From Nemertoderma westbladi (Eukaryota > Animalia > Xenacoelomorpha), in assembly GCA_032718475.1 (NCBI GenBank), contig JAUCBJ010004144.1, positions 1 to 64,000 of the forward strand: a stretch of 64,000 bases of DNA, in the 5' to 3' direction. The position numbers were made by a program, and so were the translations under genes. The notes beneath the pieces are model-generated. The model was given only the letters and a program-made list of their open reading frames with translations, was not told the DNA's origin and made no database searches. This document shows positions 48,001 to 59,700 of the stretch, one piece after another. The stretch's first letter is position 1; each line of letters begins with the position of its first letter.

Positions 48001-51000
48001 ACTCGATTACTTCTACTGGATACTTACCAATTTGGGCTGTTGCCGTTTTCTTTAAAACGAACAGCGTGCCATTCGGACTATCGCGGGCGCCAAATATCCT
48101 AACGTACATTTGGTATGTAACCACTGGGCCGGATAAGTCTTCATTCTCGTACCAAAGAAAGCGAAGGCTATCCTGGTCTGCCTTACAGGCTCTTACCTGG
48201 TGGAACATCGCCTCGATGTCACAAGTAAATGTGAATCGCCGCTGTCTAAAACGTAACAGTATTCCAATCAAATAGTTATTCAGGTTGGGTCCGTCCATCA
48301 ACTCTGAATTCAGGGACATACCTCTATAGACTGCTGCGCAGTCGTTGACTACTCGGACTTTGTCTGGCTTGTCAGGGTGAGTCACATAGTGGTGTGGAAG
48401 GTAATAAGTCTGGTCTGTCACTAAGTCAGGGTCCTCTACCTTCCCAGCAAATCCCTTGGCAAAATAGTTGTTGATCTGGGCGCAATACTTCTCCCTAATG
48501 TCCGGATTCTTCAACAACCGAGCCCTTACTCCGTTCAATCTTTTCAAGGCTAAGCTGTAGTTGTTCTCCAACTTAGGTGGTTGTCGACGCCACAACATTC
48601 CAACTTCAAAATGTCCAGTCGGTAGTAGACGTATGGTATCTTCCATCATCTCCAGCGACCGTTTCTCATCAGTAGACATGGCTAGGTCATATCCACCGGG
48701 TTCCATTGCGTCCCTATCCAGCCATTCGACGGTTCTGGCTCCTGTCTCGAGGTCCTGGCGTATCAATTCCTTCTGTAATTCCTCCTCACTGTATTGGAAA
48801 ATGTCTAGGTCTCGATATTTAGCCACTTGACCCTCCACTATGTCTGTATAAGTCAAAACGTTAGTCAAATAGGTAGCGTGGGCCGCTGAACCAGACCCAC
48901 GGGTCTGATAACAGTAGTCCTCGGGTTCACTATCTGTCAGGTCGTTATGAAGTGGTTCCGACAACCTAACATTATCGGGAATCAACTCCTCGTCCGACTC
49001 GCTAAAGTCACTATAGTGGTCAATACAGGTTCTCCTAAACTCGTCTATGTCTGGTGGTTCTACTAACGGTGGTTGAGTTATAGGCTGTAGTTCGTCGTAT
49101 CTGTCCATTGGCTTGTCGCCTGTAAACTCATAAGACATGGGTACTCGTGTATACCAACCTAGTATAGTCCTATGGGCATGTGGTCCATTGACATGCGGCT
49201 CAGCTGGTCTCGTTTCCCATATCTGGTGTGCGATCAGCTGTTCTGCACCAATTAACATGGAAACATTCCTATAACCTACCTGGTGTCTGGGTATTCTGAG
49301 CTTGTCAAAATACTCCTGTGCTATGGGACTCATCGGTGGCACCTTACCTAACTGCCTGCCGAATCCCTTCATAGCTAGACACTTAAATCCGTCCAATGGC
49401 AAAGCTTTCCGTTCTTGTCGAGTGTGTTGGTCTCTCGGAAGTAGGGAGTCTAGTTCCACCGAAATTCTGTGTCCCTTGAGGTCTCCTACCCCATGCATAG
49501 ACTTCAACTCTATTTGGATCTCCTCAGCGTTCTGGAAGCTAGAAACAGCTCTCGCCACTTCCTCGTCGATATAAGATAATGTGGACGCAGTGTCCAACAT
49601 CACATATATTCGTTTCGATCCCTTATCTCCAGTGAGTTTCACCGGAATCACGCTAAATATTTCCGACGTGGCCGATGATAAATACGTCCGCGCGCTGGTT
49701 GATGAACTATCCGCGGTGAAACCTTGGCAGGTCACCTCTCTTGCGCTCGACTCGCCATCCTCATCCGACGAACCTGGTTGGTAACCATCGTCTTGGATGC
49801 CAGTGTACGTATTCCTCCTTATCGATACGGGTTCTTTGCTCCCCTTCCTGTGAGGATTTCGCTGTAAGTAACGGTCCGTTGGGGTGTGGAAATTCGCATG
49901 TAGCAACTTGTGATGTAGTCTGCCGCATTCCATGCATCCGTCCTTGCTGTTCGGGCACTGCCGCCGTACATGACCTGGCGCAAGACATGCCCAACAGGTG
50001 TCCAACGTCCGCACTTGAACTCTTCTCTGTTCCGAATTTAATTCCTTGAACCGTCTGCAACTATCTAACTTATGGTCGTCAGATCTTACCTCCTTTAGTA
50101 AACAGTATTGGCAACCTACAAATCCATCCGGCAACTCCTGTTGCTTTAACCTAGGTCTATCTAACCGCTCACCTGGCCATACTCGCGAGTCTGATCTAAA
50201 GGCTGGGGTACTCGAATTATATCTGTCTACTGAGTTATAAGTCACAGTGGTCCTGTCATCGTCAAAACTTACCATAGACTTACCGGTAACAGGTTTAGAC
50301 TCCCTCATATTCTCTTCTGAGAAGTTTGATTTCATCTCTGCTACTGCGTCTGTGGCTATCATGTCATGAATATGCTGAAGTGTCAACACCTTGCCTTGGC
50401 CCTCCAACTTATTCTCTAATTTGCGCCATTTCTGTCGATAACGCATGTTTAAACGTCTTATTACGCTTTTCAAAACTTCGGCGTGATCACCATGATGAGG
50501 TAGATTCACCGTCCTCAAGATGTCCAATGCGTTCGAAATAGCGTTCGCTAAGTTCAACAGCTCTAACGGAGTTGTAATCCTTCCGCCCTTACCCAAGTCT
50601 TCTACTATCGACTGCGCCATCTTGGTTTTATTCCCGTAGATGTCACTAAGCGTCTTCATCGCTAACTCGAATGCTCTTTCGTTGCCGACGAAGTTATCAG
50701 CAATGGCTCTAGGTTCTCGATGGAGCATCTGAAGCAAATAGTTGAACTTCTCGTTGGGAGTAAAGGTGCTGTTGGTTAGCTGTTCGTCGACATAGGTTTT
50801 GAAGGTCCTCCAGTGTTTGTGGTTGCCCATAAACTTCTGGGGTTGTTGCGTCGGCAGTCCTTGCCTAGCAGCAAACTTACCTATGTCCCTAAGGGTTGCG
50901 TCGTTCCGGGTTAACAAATGGTTTAGTTCCGCAGGGTTGTTAAGTCTGTTCCTTTCCCGGTGGTTGAAACTTACCTGCTCCGCGTCTGTCCTTCTTTCTT

Positions 51001-53341
51001 TATAGTTTCGGGACTTATGACGTCTCATGTCTTCCTCTTCATCGCTTGACTCGGTGTCAGTCCTTAGCGCTCGCGATGGTTTGCGCGCCGAGGCCCTGAT
51101 CCAAGCCTCCTCAATTAATTTTTCCGCCGAATTTTCGAAATTGGGATTAGAGATGTTCGGGACAGGCGTCCTTACCTGAGGTCTATGTGGTATAGTCTCC
51201 TCCGATATGCGTACTCGTTGACTAGGCTGGACTTTATCTAACTCAGGCCTGCTGGTATTAGAATTACTTCTTACCTGGGCTGCTTCCTTTAACCGTAGGT
51301 TGCTAAGCATGTCCATTATAGGTTGGATGTGCGGCGATATAGCTTGCGCTAAACTAGCACTTAACTCATCCCTCGTAATAAATTCCTGGCTAGGGTTCTG
51401 TTGTATAGTCGGCTCTATCTGAGTAATCCGCTGTCTCTCATATGATCCCTCTTCCGGTTTAACCCGGAAGTTCTCCGTCGAACTGGGTCGGCGCTCCGTC
51501 CGCGTATTCCAAACCCGCGGGTTCGGTTCGCCAAGTACTCGTCCCGTCGGAGTTTCTTCTCTAAATTCTCCATTGTCTCGTTCGGTATACAGTGGTGCGG
51601 TGTTCCGATGACGTAGATCCTGCGCGATAGGTGAAGCACTAATACCAACTGGCATGCGATATGTAGAGAATGGTTTAGCGATCCGTGTACTCGTAATAGC
51701 TGGACCGGGTATAGGAATTCTGGTCGTCGTCGACTCGCGTATAGCCGGAGTTCTCGCTTCCTGTTCGGCCTTCTGCAGTGCGAACAGTTCTCGCAACTCT
51801 GTCCCTACACTCGCCCCACATTCTTCGATCATTCGCATCCCCTTCTCGGCGATTTCATTCGCCTTCCTAGTCCGTTCTTCGCTCTCTAAACTTAATCTCG
51901 CACTTTCCAACTGCGCCAGTTTACGTTCTTCTTCTTCCCTCGCTCGTCTCGCTGCGCTCTCTTCTTCCACACGCGCCTTTTCTTCATACAACGCTTGTCG
52001 CTCTTTCTCGATCTCGAGTTCGCGTTCCTTACGTTCGCGTTCAAGTTGGAATTCGCGTTTCTTCGCTTCCCGTTCGCGTTCAAGTCGGAGTTCGCGTTAT
52101 TTCTGTTCGCGTTCTTTCTGTTTGCGTTCAAGTTGGAGTTCGCGTTCAAGTTGGAGTTCGCGTTCCTTCTGTTCGCGTTCCGCTTGCTCACGCTTACCTT
52201 TCTCTTCCAACTCCCGCAACTTTGCGTCTAACTTACGTGTTCGCTCCCTTTCCCGCTCGGCTTCCTTCCGTGCTTCCGATGCACGCAAAACTTCTGCCTG
52301 TTGTTCGTCCAGTCGGCGTCTTCTCTCCTCCGCCGAGTTGTGAGAAACAAGGGATCTAGCCCATATAACCTTCCCTCGCGCGTGACTAACCTGGGAATCG
52401 CCGCTGTCTCTGGATGCATCGTCGGGTGGAGTCAACGTCCTCTGTTGGATGTTCTCCGTCGTCGGTAGCACCTGGCCCGGTACCACCACTCCATTCTGCA
52501 TCAGCCAGCTAGTAACTTCCCTTTGATACCGGCGCTCTTCTTTATCTTGGATCTCTTCCCGCTCCACTAAGTCTCTCAACTCTGCGTCACTCACTTGAGT
52601 CGCCTGCGCTTGTGATGCCCATAGCAGCCAGTTCTCCGTCCTAACTCGTCGGAATCGCTCCGATAACTCGCGGTGCTCCAACAAGGCTGCTAAAACCCTG
52701 TCGTAAATCCTCGTCGCCACGTCGCTCGACTGAGACTCTACTGCCTTCTTCGCTAGGACTGCAAGCTCCTCCGTCTGCTTGAATAACGCTGAGTTATATC
52801 CTCTTCTAATCTCTACTAACCCTTCCCTGTCGATGTTCGCTGAATCGGCCAACATCTTCCTTACCTTGTCCGTCGTCCGAGTTATATGTCCGGCATGCGC
52901 GCAAAGTTTCTTCTTTATCGCAATGTCTAGTTCTCTCTCGCTTACCTGACTCACACTCGGTGGACTTGAAGGATTATTTCGGGAACTACGGGTACTCCTA
53001 ACAGCCGCTGGGACCACGGCACTTACCATACCCACAGGTCTGGAAACCGGGCTCCGGGCTCTCGCTTCTGCTACACTACCATCCCTATCACTCACCTCTG
53101 TCCGGGTTGCTGTACAATCCTTCCTTACAGTAGCGGTAGGGGATCCTAATACTATTACCTGAGGTAGTTCTTCTTCCTCACTAGTCACTGTCTCGTCCTC
53201 CTGTTCACTTACGTCAGCGTCGCTCGCTGCGTCGTCATAGTCGGCATTGTCGTCAACAGTAATATTTACGCTATCGTCAGTCGGCGGTCCGGCCGCCATC
53301 TCATAGCTGTCCTCTAGTGCCTCTTTGTCTGAGACACTCAT
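45008..53341 (-). pseudogene. BEL/Pao Gag-Pol (~2777 codons) with one in-frame TAA at 52097-52099
   Basis: ORFs 52097-53341 and 45008-51991 are in the same frame. The stop is GAA>TAA within a KERELQL repeat. Motifs MLDTAS, YLPHH, FYMDD, LFSDAS, GVDCFGP, SDKGTNF, GGSWERL. Confidence 0.9.
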
Positions 53342-54416
53342 AGTCTAAATAATGTTTTGCCTTCCGGCAAAATATCTCGCAAAAGTTCGAGATATAATTA
53401 TAATTTAACCGAAAATACGGTCAAATTATTTGTCAAATAATCAGTTGGTCCAAATGTCAAATAAATTCGCAATGCAATATTGTGAATTTAATGGGGTATA
53501 TAGTTATAGCAAATACTAGCACAATATTTAAACAAAATATTATTATTTAGCTACTATATAGTATTAAATACCGGTATAGCACAAAATAACTTCTGAATCT
53601 AATACAAAATATTCAGAATAAATTTGCCACCCAAATATTTCTAATTTTATATATAGCTCTAATCAACGTAATTTTAATTTCAAATATTATATGTATCCAC
53701 TAGCGCGTGGCTACATCTTCGGGTTGCGACTCTCTCTAACTCTCTCTCTAACTTGAGCGATTCAAAAAACCATGGCCGGCTAAACCTAAATATCCTAACT
53801 AATAAATTGAGTTCAGCTTCGCAGTTAAACAACCGATAATTTTTTACTGCTTCCACAAACACACTGGTGCCAACAGAACAACTAACCTTGTTTGCTGTGA
53901 GATTCCACGTCCGCGTCCAAAGATTCAGGCCCTTCGCTGATTGCAAACCGAACCCGCAGACCCACACGAACCCCAAACTCAGAAGTTCCGTCTTGCCATG
54001 TATCTCCAGATGGTATAAAATAACTAAGCGGTTACCTAACATGCCGGTACAAAACTCTAGAATTTTACAAATAATTTTGACCGAAACTGAATTCTCGCAA
54101 ACCTAGCTAAAATTTCAAAAAATTTACTAATTACAATTCGCCCTAAAGCCTAAGGAACTGCTGTATTCGCAATTAGCAAAAACGCACTACCGTACATCCA
54201 CTGTACGCAGTACAGTAAGTAAAACAGTACACCAACCTAACAGCCTAATGATACTGTGTGTGTGGTACGGCAAACAAATGTCCTTCTACCGTACGCAGTA
54301 ACAGCAATCAGCCTAATGTACTACTGTACTATCGTACGCGACCAGTGAATACAGTAATCTAAACTAGCAGCCTAAGAATACACTATTGACCGCTGCAAGC
54401 AACAGCCAATAAAAAA

Positions 54417-54426
54417 CATACCTTAC
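54417..54426 (-). promoter_or_regulatory. Non-tRNA primer-binding site of BEL-C
   Basis: Minus strand reads GTAAGGTATG directly after the LTR. Exact complement in the LTR at 55464-55473 (and 41138-41147). Confidence 0.75.
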
Positions 54427-56594
54427 TGTTAAACAACCGCGACACCTATACTAACAGCAGAACTGTTGAACAGACAAATACCCGTATACCTCTCTGCCAA
54501 CCTAATGAGCTCTCGCCTAACCAATAAGACACAAAGACTGCTCTACTGTTAAGTAAAGGGGATCAGGAGTGTGCTATTACTAAATTGTAAGGGTTGCTAA
54601 ATACAAAACCGCTACTTACCGTTGGATGGCGCTAATCTGCCGTCCGCTAATATATTTTACTAAATTTACACAACTCCTGCAAAATCGCTTGTTCCTTTCT
54701 CTACCGATCGCTCGATAGAGAGCTAACTGTTCGAATCTATGAGCCACGCGGGAATAACCAAAACAATAAACCCGAGTCGGCTCCCTAAGCTTACTTAAGA
54801 CGAGTGCGAGGGGCTTTGCACTCAGAGTATATTCTTACGCCTAATTTTACTACTGAAATACGCCAATGCTTACGTCTTTTCTAATCGCGAATACTGAGGG
54901 TTCCCTAACGGAATGTGTGAATGCGAGAATATTTAAAATAATCAAAATTGGTACAGTACAATGTCTTTCGTAGGTGATACCGCTCTGGGTCTAAACTTGC
55001 CTGCAGCTGGCTTTAGGCAAGCAACTTACTAGTGTCTTGCGTACTGACTACTGCGATCTAGCTTATTGCCCGCTAATGCAAATAACCGCCTAGCGTGAAT
55101 AGTTTACGGTACTCTAAATTATTACCTTAGCTACTCTCCGCTATGCTGCGTACTAATTCTTAATTTTACTAATTAATTACAGTCACAAATATGTAACAGC
55201 CTAAAATACTGTATTACTTTGACCTAATCAGTAATTATTTACGGTAAACTAAGAGATAGAATCAATCAAAGGGAAAAGAGCGCCTATCTAAGCATTCGTA
55301 ATCATAGGCACACTTTAGTAACACACCAATCAGCGTCAGCAATCACAGATCACAATAGCACGACTTGCAATTATACAATCTGCAATTATATAATTCGCAA
55401 CATAATAATTCGCAATTGACTAATTCGCAATCTACTTACTCGCAACTTACTTACTTACTTACTGTAAGGTATGCAGGCCCCTCCCGGGTACATCTAGGCT
55501 TCCTAACTAACCCAATTCCTGCCCCCTAATACTAAATAGAGACAAAACCTTGGATCATCAGCCCCCTAATTACTGTACCGGCGAGCGGTCTCCAACCCAC
55601 AGTCCAAACTGCCCGACCACAATGTTGACCCCCGCCAGCGTTGCCCGCTTTTGAATCCTCCGCACTCCCTTCGTCGCTAACCCCCCGATGAGCCCACCGC
55701 CTACTGGCACCTTAGCCCTCCATTATGCTAATAGCTACCGTAGCGGCGCATGCAAATCACAAAGTCTGACAGTCTCAGGAATCCCTTAGGATTATTGCGC
55801 AGAAAGGAATCACATAGAACCATTAATCAAAGGGTAGAAATCATAGTTCAATTGTAATTAGCAGTAATCGAAGGAATTAATTGAGAAACACAATCAAAGA
55901 TAATCGCACTAGCAAAGCATTTCAAGAAATTAATCAAATTTAGCAAATTGCAGAAAATACGCTAAAAATTGAATAGAGACAGCTCAGCAAGTACAAAGTG
56001 ATAGCAGATCATGTGAGGTGATCATGTGAGGTTTTACCGGCACACCACCAATTTATAGGTGATCCGGATGGGGTGATGCAATAGGGTGACGCAATCGCTC
56101 TCCTATTGGCTCTCCAGTCCGCGCTAGCATTAGACCAACCTGGAAGCAGCTAGTCCAATAAGGAGGCCGGATTGTAGCCCTATTGCCTGCCCAAACCTCG
56201 AATTATTACCTTATATGGTAATGGTTCACGTCCCTGGCCGCTGAATGGCCAGGATAGCGTCCCTATATGATAGCCCTACTGATGCTAATATCAGCAAGCA
56301 CAAAATCCAGGGTCCGAATGAACTTGCTACCCTGGGACTATCTACATATATCCTAATACAAAATTACGTAGGTAGGGCTACATACTATACAAAATGGATG
56401 GATGCAAAATATATGGGCGTTTTAACTTCCTTACCTAAATGTCACCGCACTGTGCCTTATCTAAATAATTATACTGCACAACGGACTAATATTACGTACA
56501 GTATAACGGACTAATATTGCATACTGCATAACGGACTAATACTGCATACAGTATAACGACTAATAATGTGGATACAGCGCCATATACCGTAACA
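54427..56594 (-). repeat. BEL-C 5' LTR
   Basis: Direct repeat of 40101-42268. TATAAA on the minus strand at 56052-56057 with upstream CCAAT-type motifs. Confidence 0.95.
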
Positions 56595-56599
56595 CTCTC

Positions 56600-56765
56600 G
56601 GTTAGGGGTTTGGCCCCTGACCCTTATTGTGTGTGTCTCCTTTGGGGCCTATTGTCCCCGTTTACTGGGCTGACACGAGGTTGATTGGTAATCAACCTCG
56701 TGCTCCCAATATTGCTTTATGGCTCACTCTATGGGTTTGTGTTAGCGGAATTGGATAAGCTAACA
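56600..56765 (-). repeat. Element B 5' LTR, distal part
   Basis: Matches 33830-33995, followed by TSD AAAAT. Confidence 0.93.
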
Positions 56766-59700
56766 AAAATTCATCCATCTTCATGGGAAAGACGAAGCAA
56801 ATAACAGCTGATTACTTCTATAAATGTAAGTGTTACCTGCTCTTTTGACTTTCATTTAAGATTGTCTATCTCTTGGAGTGGATTAGAAGTCATGAATATG
56901 AAAATCGATGTCGTTTTTTGTAAAAAATCAGAGGAGATTTTAATAAATTATTGCTGAAAAGCACCAAGGATTTTATACTCATTATATTCATGAACTATTT
57001 GAGATATTTAATACGATGAAACTATAATAAATATTCTAGAACACAACAATATTAACAGGGAGATAGGCTACTTATATCTTCACTCTGAGAGCCACAGATA
57101 GGGGGTGTTCCGACGCAATCAAAATTAATCCATCTCCTGGAGAAAGACGAAGCAAATAACAGCTGATTACTTCTATAAATTTAAGTGTTACCTGCTCTTT
57201 TGACTTTCATTTAAGATTGTCTATCTCTTGGAGTGGGTTAGAAGTCATGAATATGAAAATCGATGTCGTTTTTTGTAAAAAATCAGAGGAGATTTTAATA
57301 AATTAATGCTGAAAAACACCAAGGATTTTGACATGGCTTTAATACTCATTATATTCATGAAATAGCTAAGAAATTTGAGGTGAATTATTGTATCACATAT
57401 TAACTTCGGCTCCAGCCGCTTTGGCAATACGATGAAACTATAATAAATATTCTAGGACACAACAATATTAACAGGGAGATAGGCTACTTATATCTTCACT
57501 CTGAGAGCCTTAAAAAGGGGGTGTTCCGACGCAATCAAAATTCATCCATCTCCAGGGGAAAGACGAAGCAAAGAATAGCTGATTACTTCTATAAATGTAA
57601 GTGTTACCTGTTCTTTTGACTTTCGTTTAAGATTGTCTATCTCTTGGAGTGGGTTAGAAGACATGAATATGAAAATCAATGTCGTTTTTTGTAAAAAATC
57701 AGAGGAGATTTTAATAAATTATTGCTGAAAAACACCAAGGATTTTGACAAGGATTTAATACTCATTATATTCATGAAATAGCTGAGAAATTTGAGGTGAA
57801 TTATTGCATTACATATTAACTTCGGCTCCAGCCGCTTTGGCAATACGATGAAACTATAATAAATATTCTAGAACACAACAATATTAACAGGGAGATAGGC
57901 TACTTATCTCTTCACTCTGAGAGCCTCAAAAAGGGGGTGTTCTGACACAATCAAAATTCATCCATCTCCAGGGGAAAGACGAAGCAAAGAACAGCTGATT
58001 ACTTCTTTAAATGTAAGTGTTACCTGCTCTTTTGACTTTCATTTAAGATTGTCTATCTCTTGGAGTGGGTTAGAAGTCATGAATATGAAAATCGATGTCG
58101 TTTTTTGAAAAAAATCAGGAGATTTTAATAAATTATTGCTGAAAAACACCAAGGATTTTGACATGGCTTTAATACTCATTATATTCATGAAATAGCTAAG
58201 AAATTTGAGGTGAATTATTGTATCACATATTAACTTCGGCTCCAGCCGCTTTGGCAATACGATGAAACTATAATAAATATTCTAGGACACAACAATATTA
58301 ACAGGGAGATAGGCTACTTATATCTTCACTCTGAGAGCCTCAAAAAGGGGGTGTTCCGACGCAATCAAAATTCATCCATCTCCAGGGGAAAGACGAAGCA
58401 AAGAATAGCTGATTACTTCTATAAATTTAAGTGTTACCTGCTCTTTTGACTCTCATTTAAGATTGTCTATCTCTTGGAGTGGGTTAGAAGTCATGAATAT
58501 AAAAATCGATGTCGTTTTTTGTAAAAAATCAGAGGAGATTTTAATAAATTAATGCTGAAAAACACCAAGGATTTTGACATGGCTTTAATACTCATTATAT
58601 TCATGAAATAGCTGAGAAATTTGAGGTGAATTATTGTATCAAATATTAACTTCGGCTCCAGCCGCTTTGGCAATACGATGAAACTATAATAAATATTCTA
58701 GAACACAACAATATTAACAGGGAGATAGGCTACTTATATCTTCACTCTGAGAGCCTCATAAAGGGGGTGTTCCGACGTAATCAAAATTCATCCATCTCCA
58801 GGGGAAAGACGAAGCAAACAACAGCTGATTACTTCTTTAAATGTAAGTGTTACCTGCTCTTTTGACTTTCATTTAAGATTGTCTATCTCTTGGAGTGGGT
58901 TAGAAGTCATGAATATGAAAATCGATGTCGTTTTTTGAAAAAAATTAGGAGATTTTAATAAATTATTGCTGAAAAACACCAAGGATTTTGACATGGCTTT
59001 AATACTCATTATATTCATGAAATAGCTGAGAAATTTGAGGTGAATTATTGTATCACATATTAAGTTCGGCTCCAGCCGCTTTCGCAATACGATGAAACTA
59101 TAATACATATTCTAGAACACAACAATATTAACAGGGAGATAGGCTATTTATATCTTCACTCTGAGAGCCTCAAAAAGGGGGTGTTCCGACGCAATCAAAA
59201 TTCATCCATTTTCATGGGAAAGACGAAGCAAATAACAGCTGATTACTTCTATAAATGTAAGTGTTACCTGCTCTTTTGACTTTCATTTAAGATTGTCTAT
59301 CTCTTGGAGTGGATTAGAAGTCATGAATATGAAAATCGATGTCGTTTTTTGTAAAAAATCAGAGGAGATTTTAATAAATTATTGCTGAAAAGCACCAAGG
59401 ATTTTATACTCATTATATTCATGAACTATTTGAGATATTTAATACGATGAAACTATAATAAATATTCTAGAACACAACAATATTAACAGGGAGATAGGCT
59501 ACTTATATCTTCACTCTGAGAGCCACAGATAGGGGGTGTTCCGACGCAATCAAAATTAATCCATCTCCTGGAGAAAGACGAAGCAAATAACAGCTGATTA
59601 CTTCTATAAATGTAAGTTTTACCTGTTCTTATGACTTTCGTTTAAGATTCTCTATCTCGTGGAGTGGGTTAGAAGTTATAAATATGAAAATCGATGTCGT

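Larger units (their letters stand above)
40101..56594 (-). mobile_element. Full-length BEL/Pao LTR retrotransposon (BEL-C), 16.5 kb
   Basis: 2168-bp TG...CA LTRs with about 7 substitutions seen. 5-bp TSD CTCTC (40096-40100, 56595-56599). Pao gag-pol. Confidence 0.97.
33466..56765 (-). mobile_element. Non-autonomous gag-only LTR element (element B, BEL-derived; ~6.8 kb without nested BEL-C)
   Basis: TG...CA LTRs of ~530 bp. 5-bp TSD AAAAT (33461-33465, 56766-56770). PPT GGGGGGGAG on the minus strand at 33996-34004. BEL-type Gag knuckles. No pol motifs seen. Confidence 0.9.

Noticed and set aside
11664-52343. Many antisense or alternate-frame ORFs overlapping gag-pol, and small LTR ORFs
   Set aside because: Shadow frames of repetitive coding sequence with no recognisable motifs.
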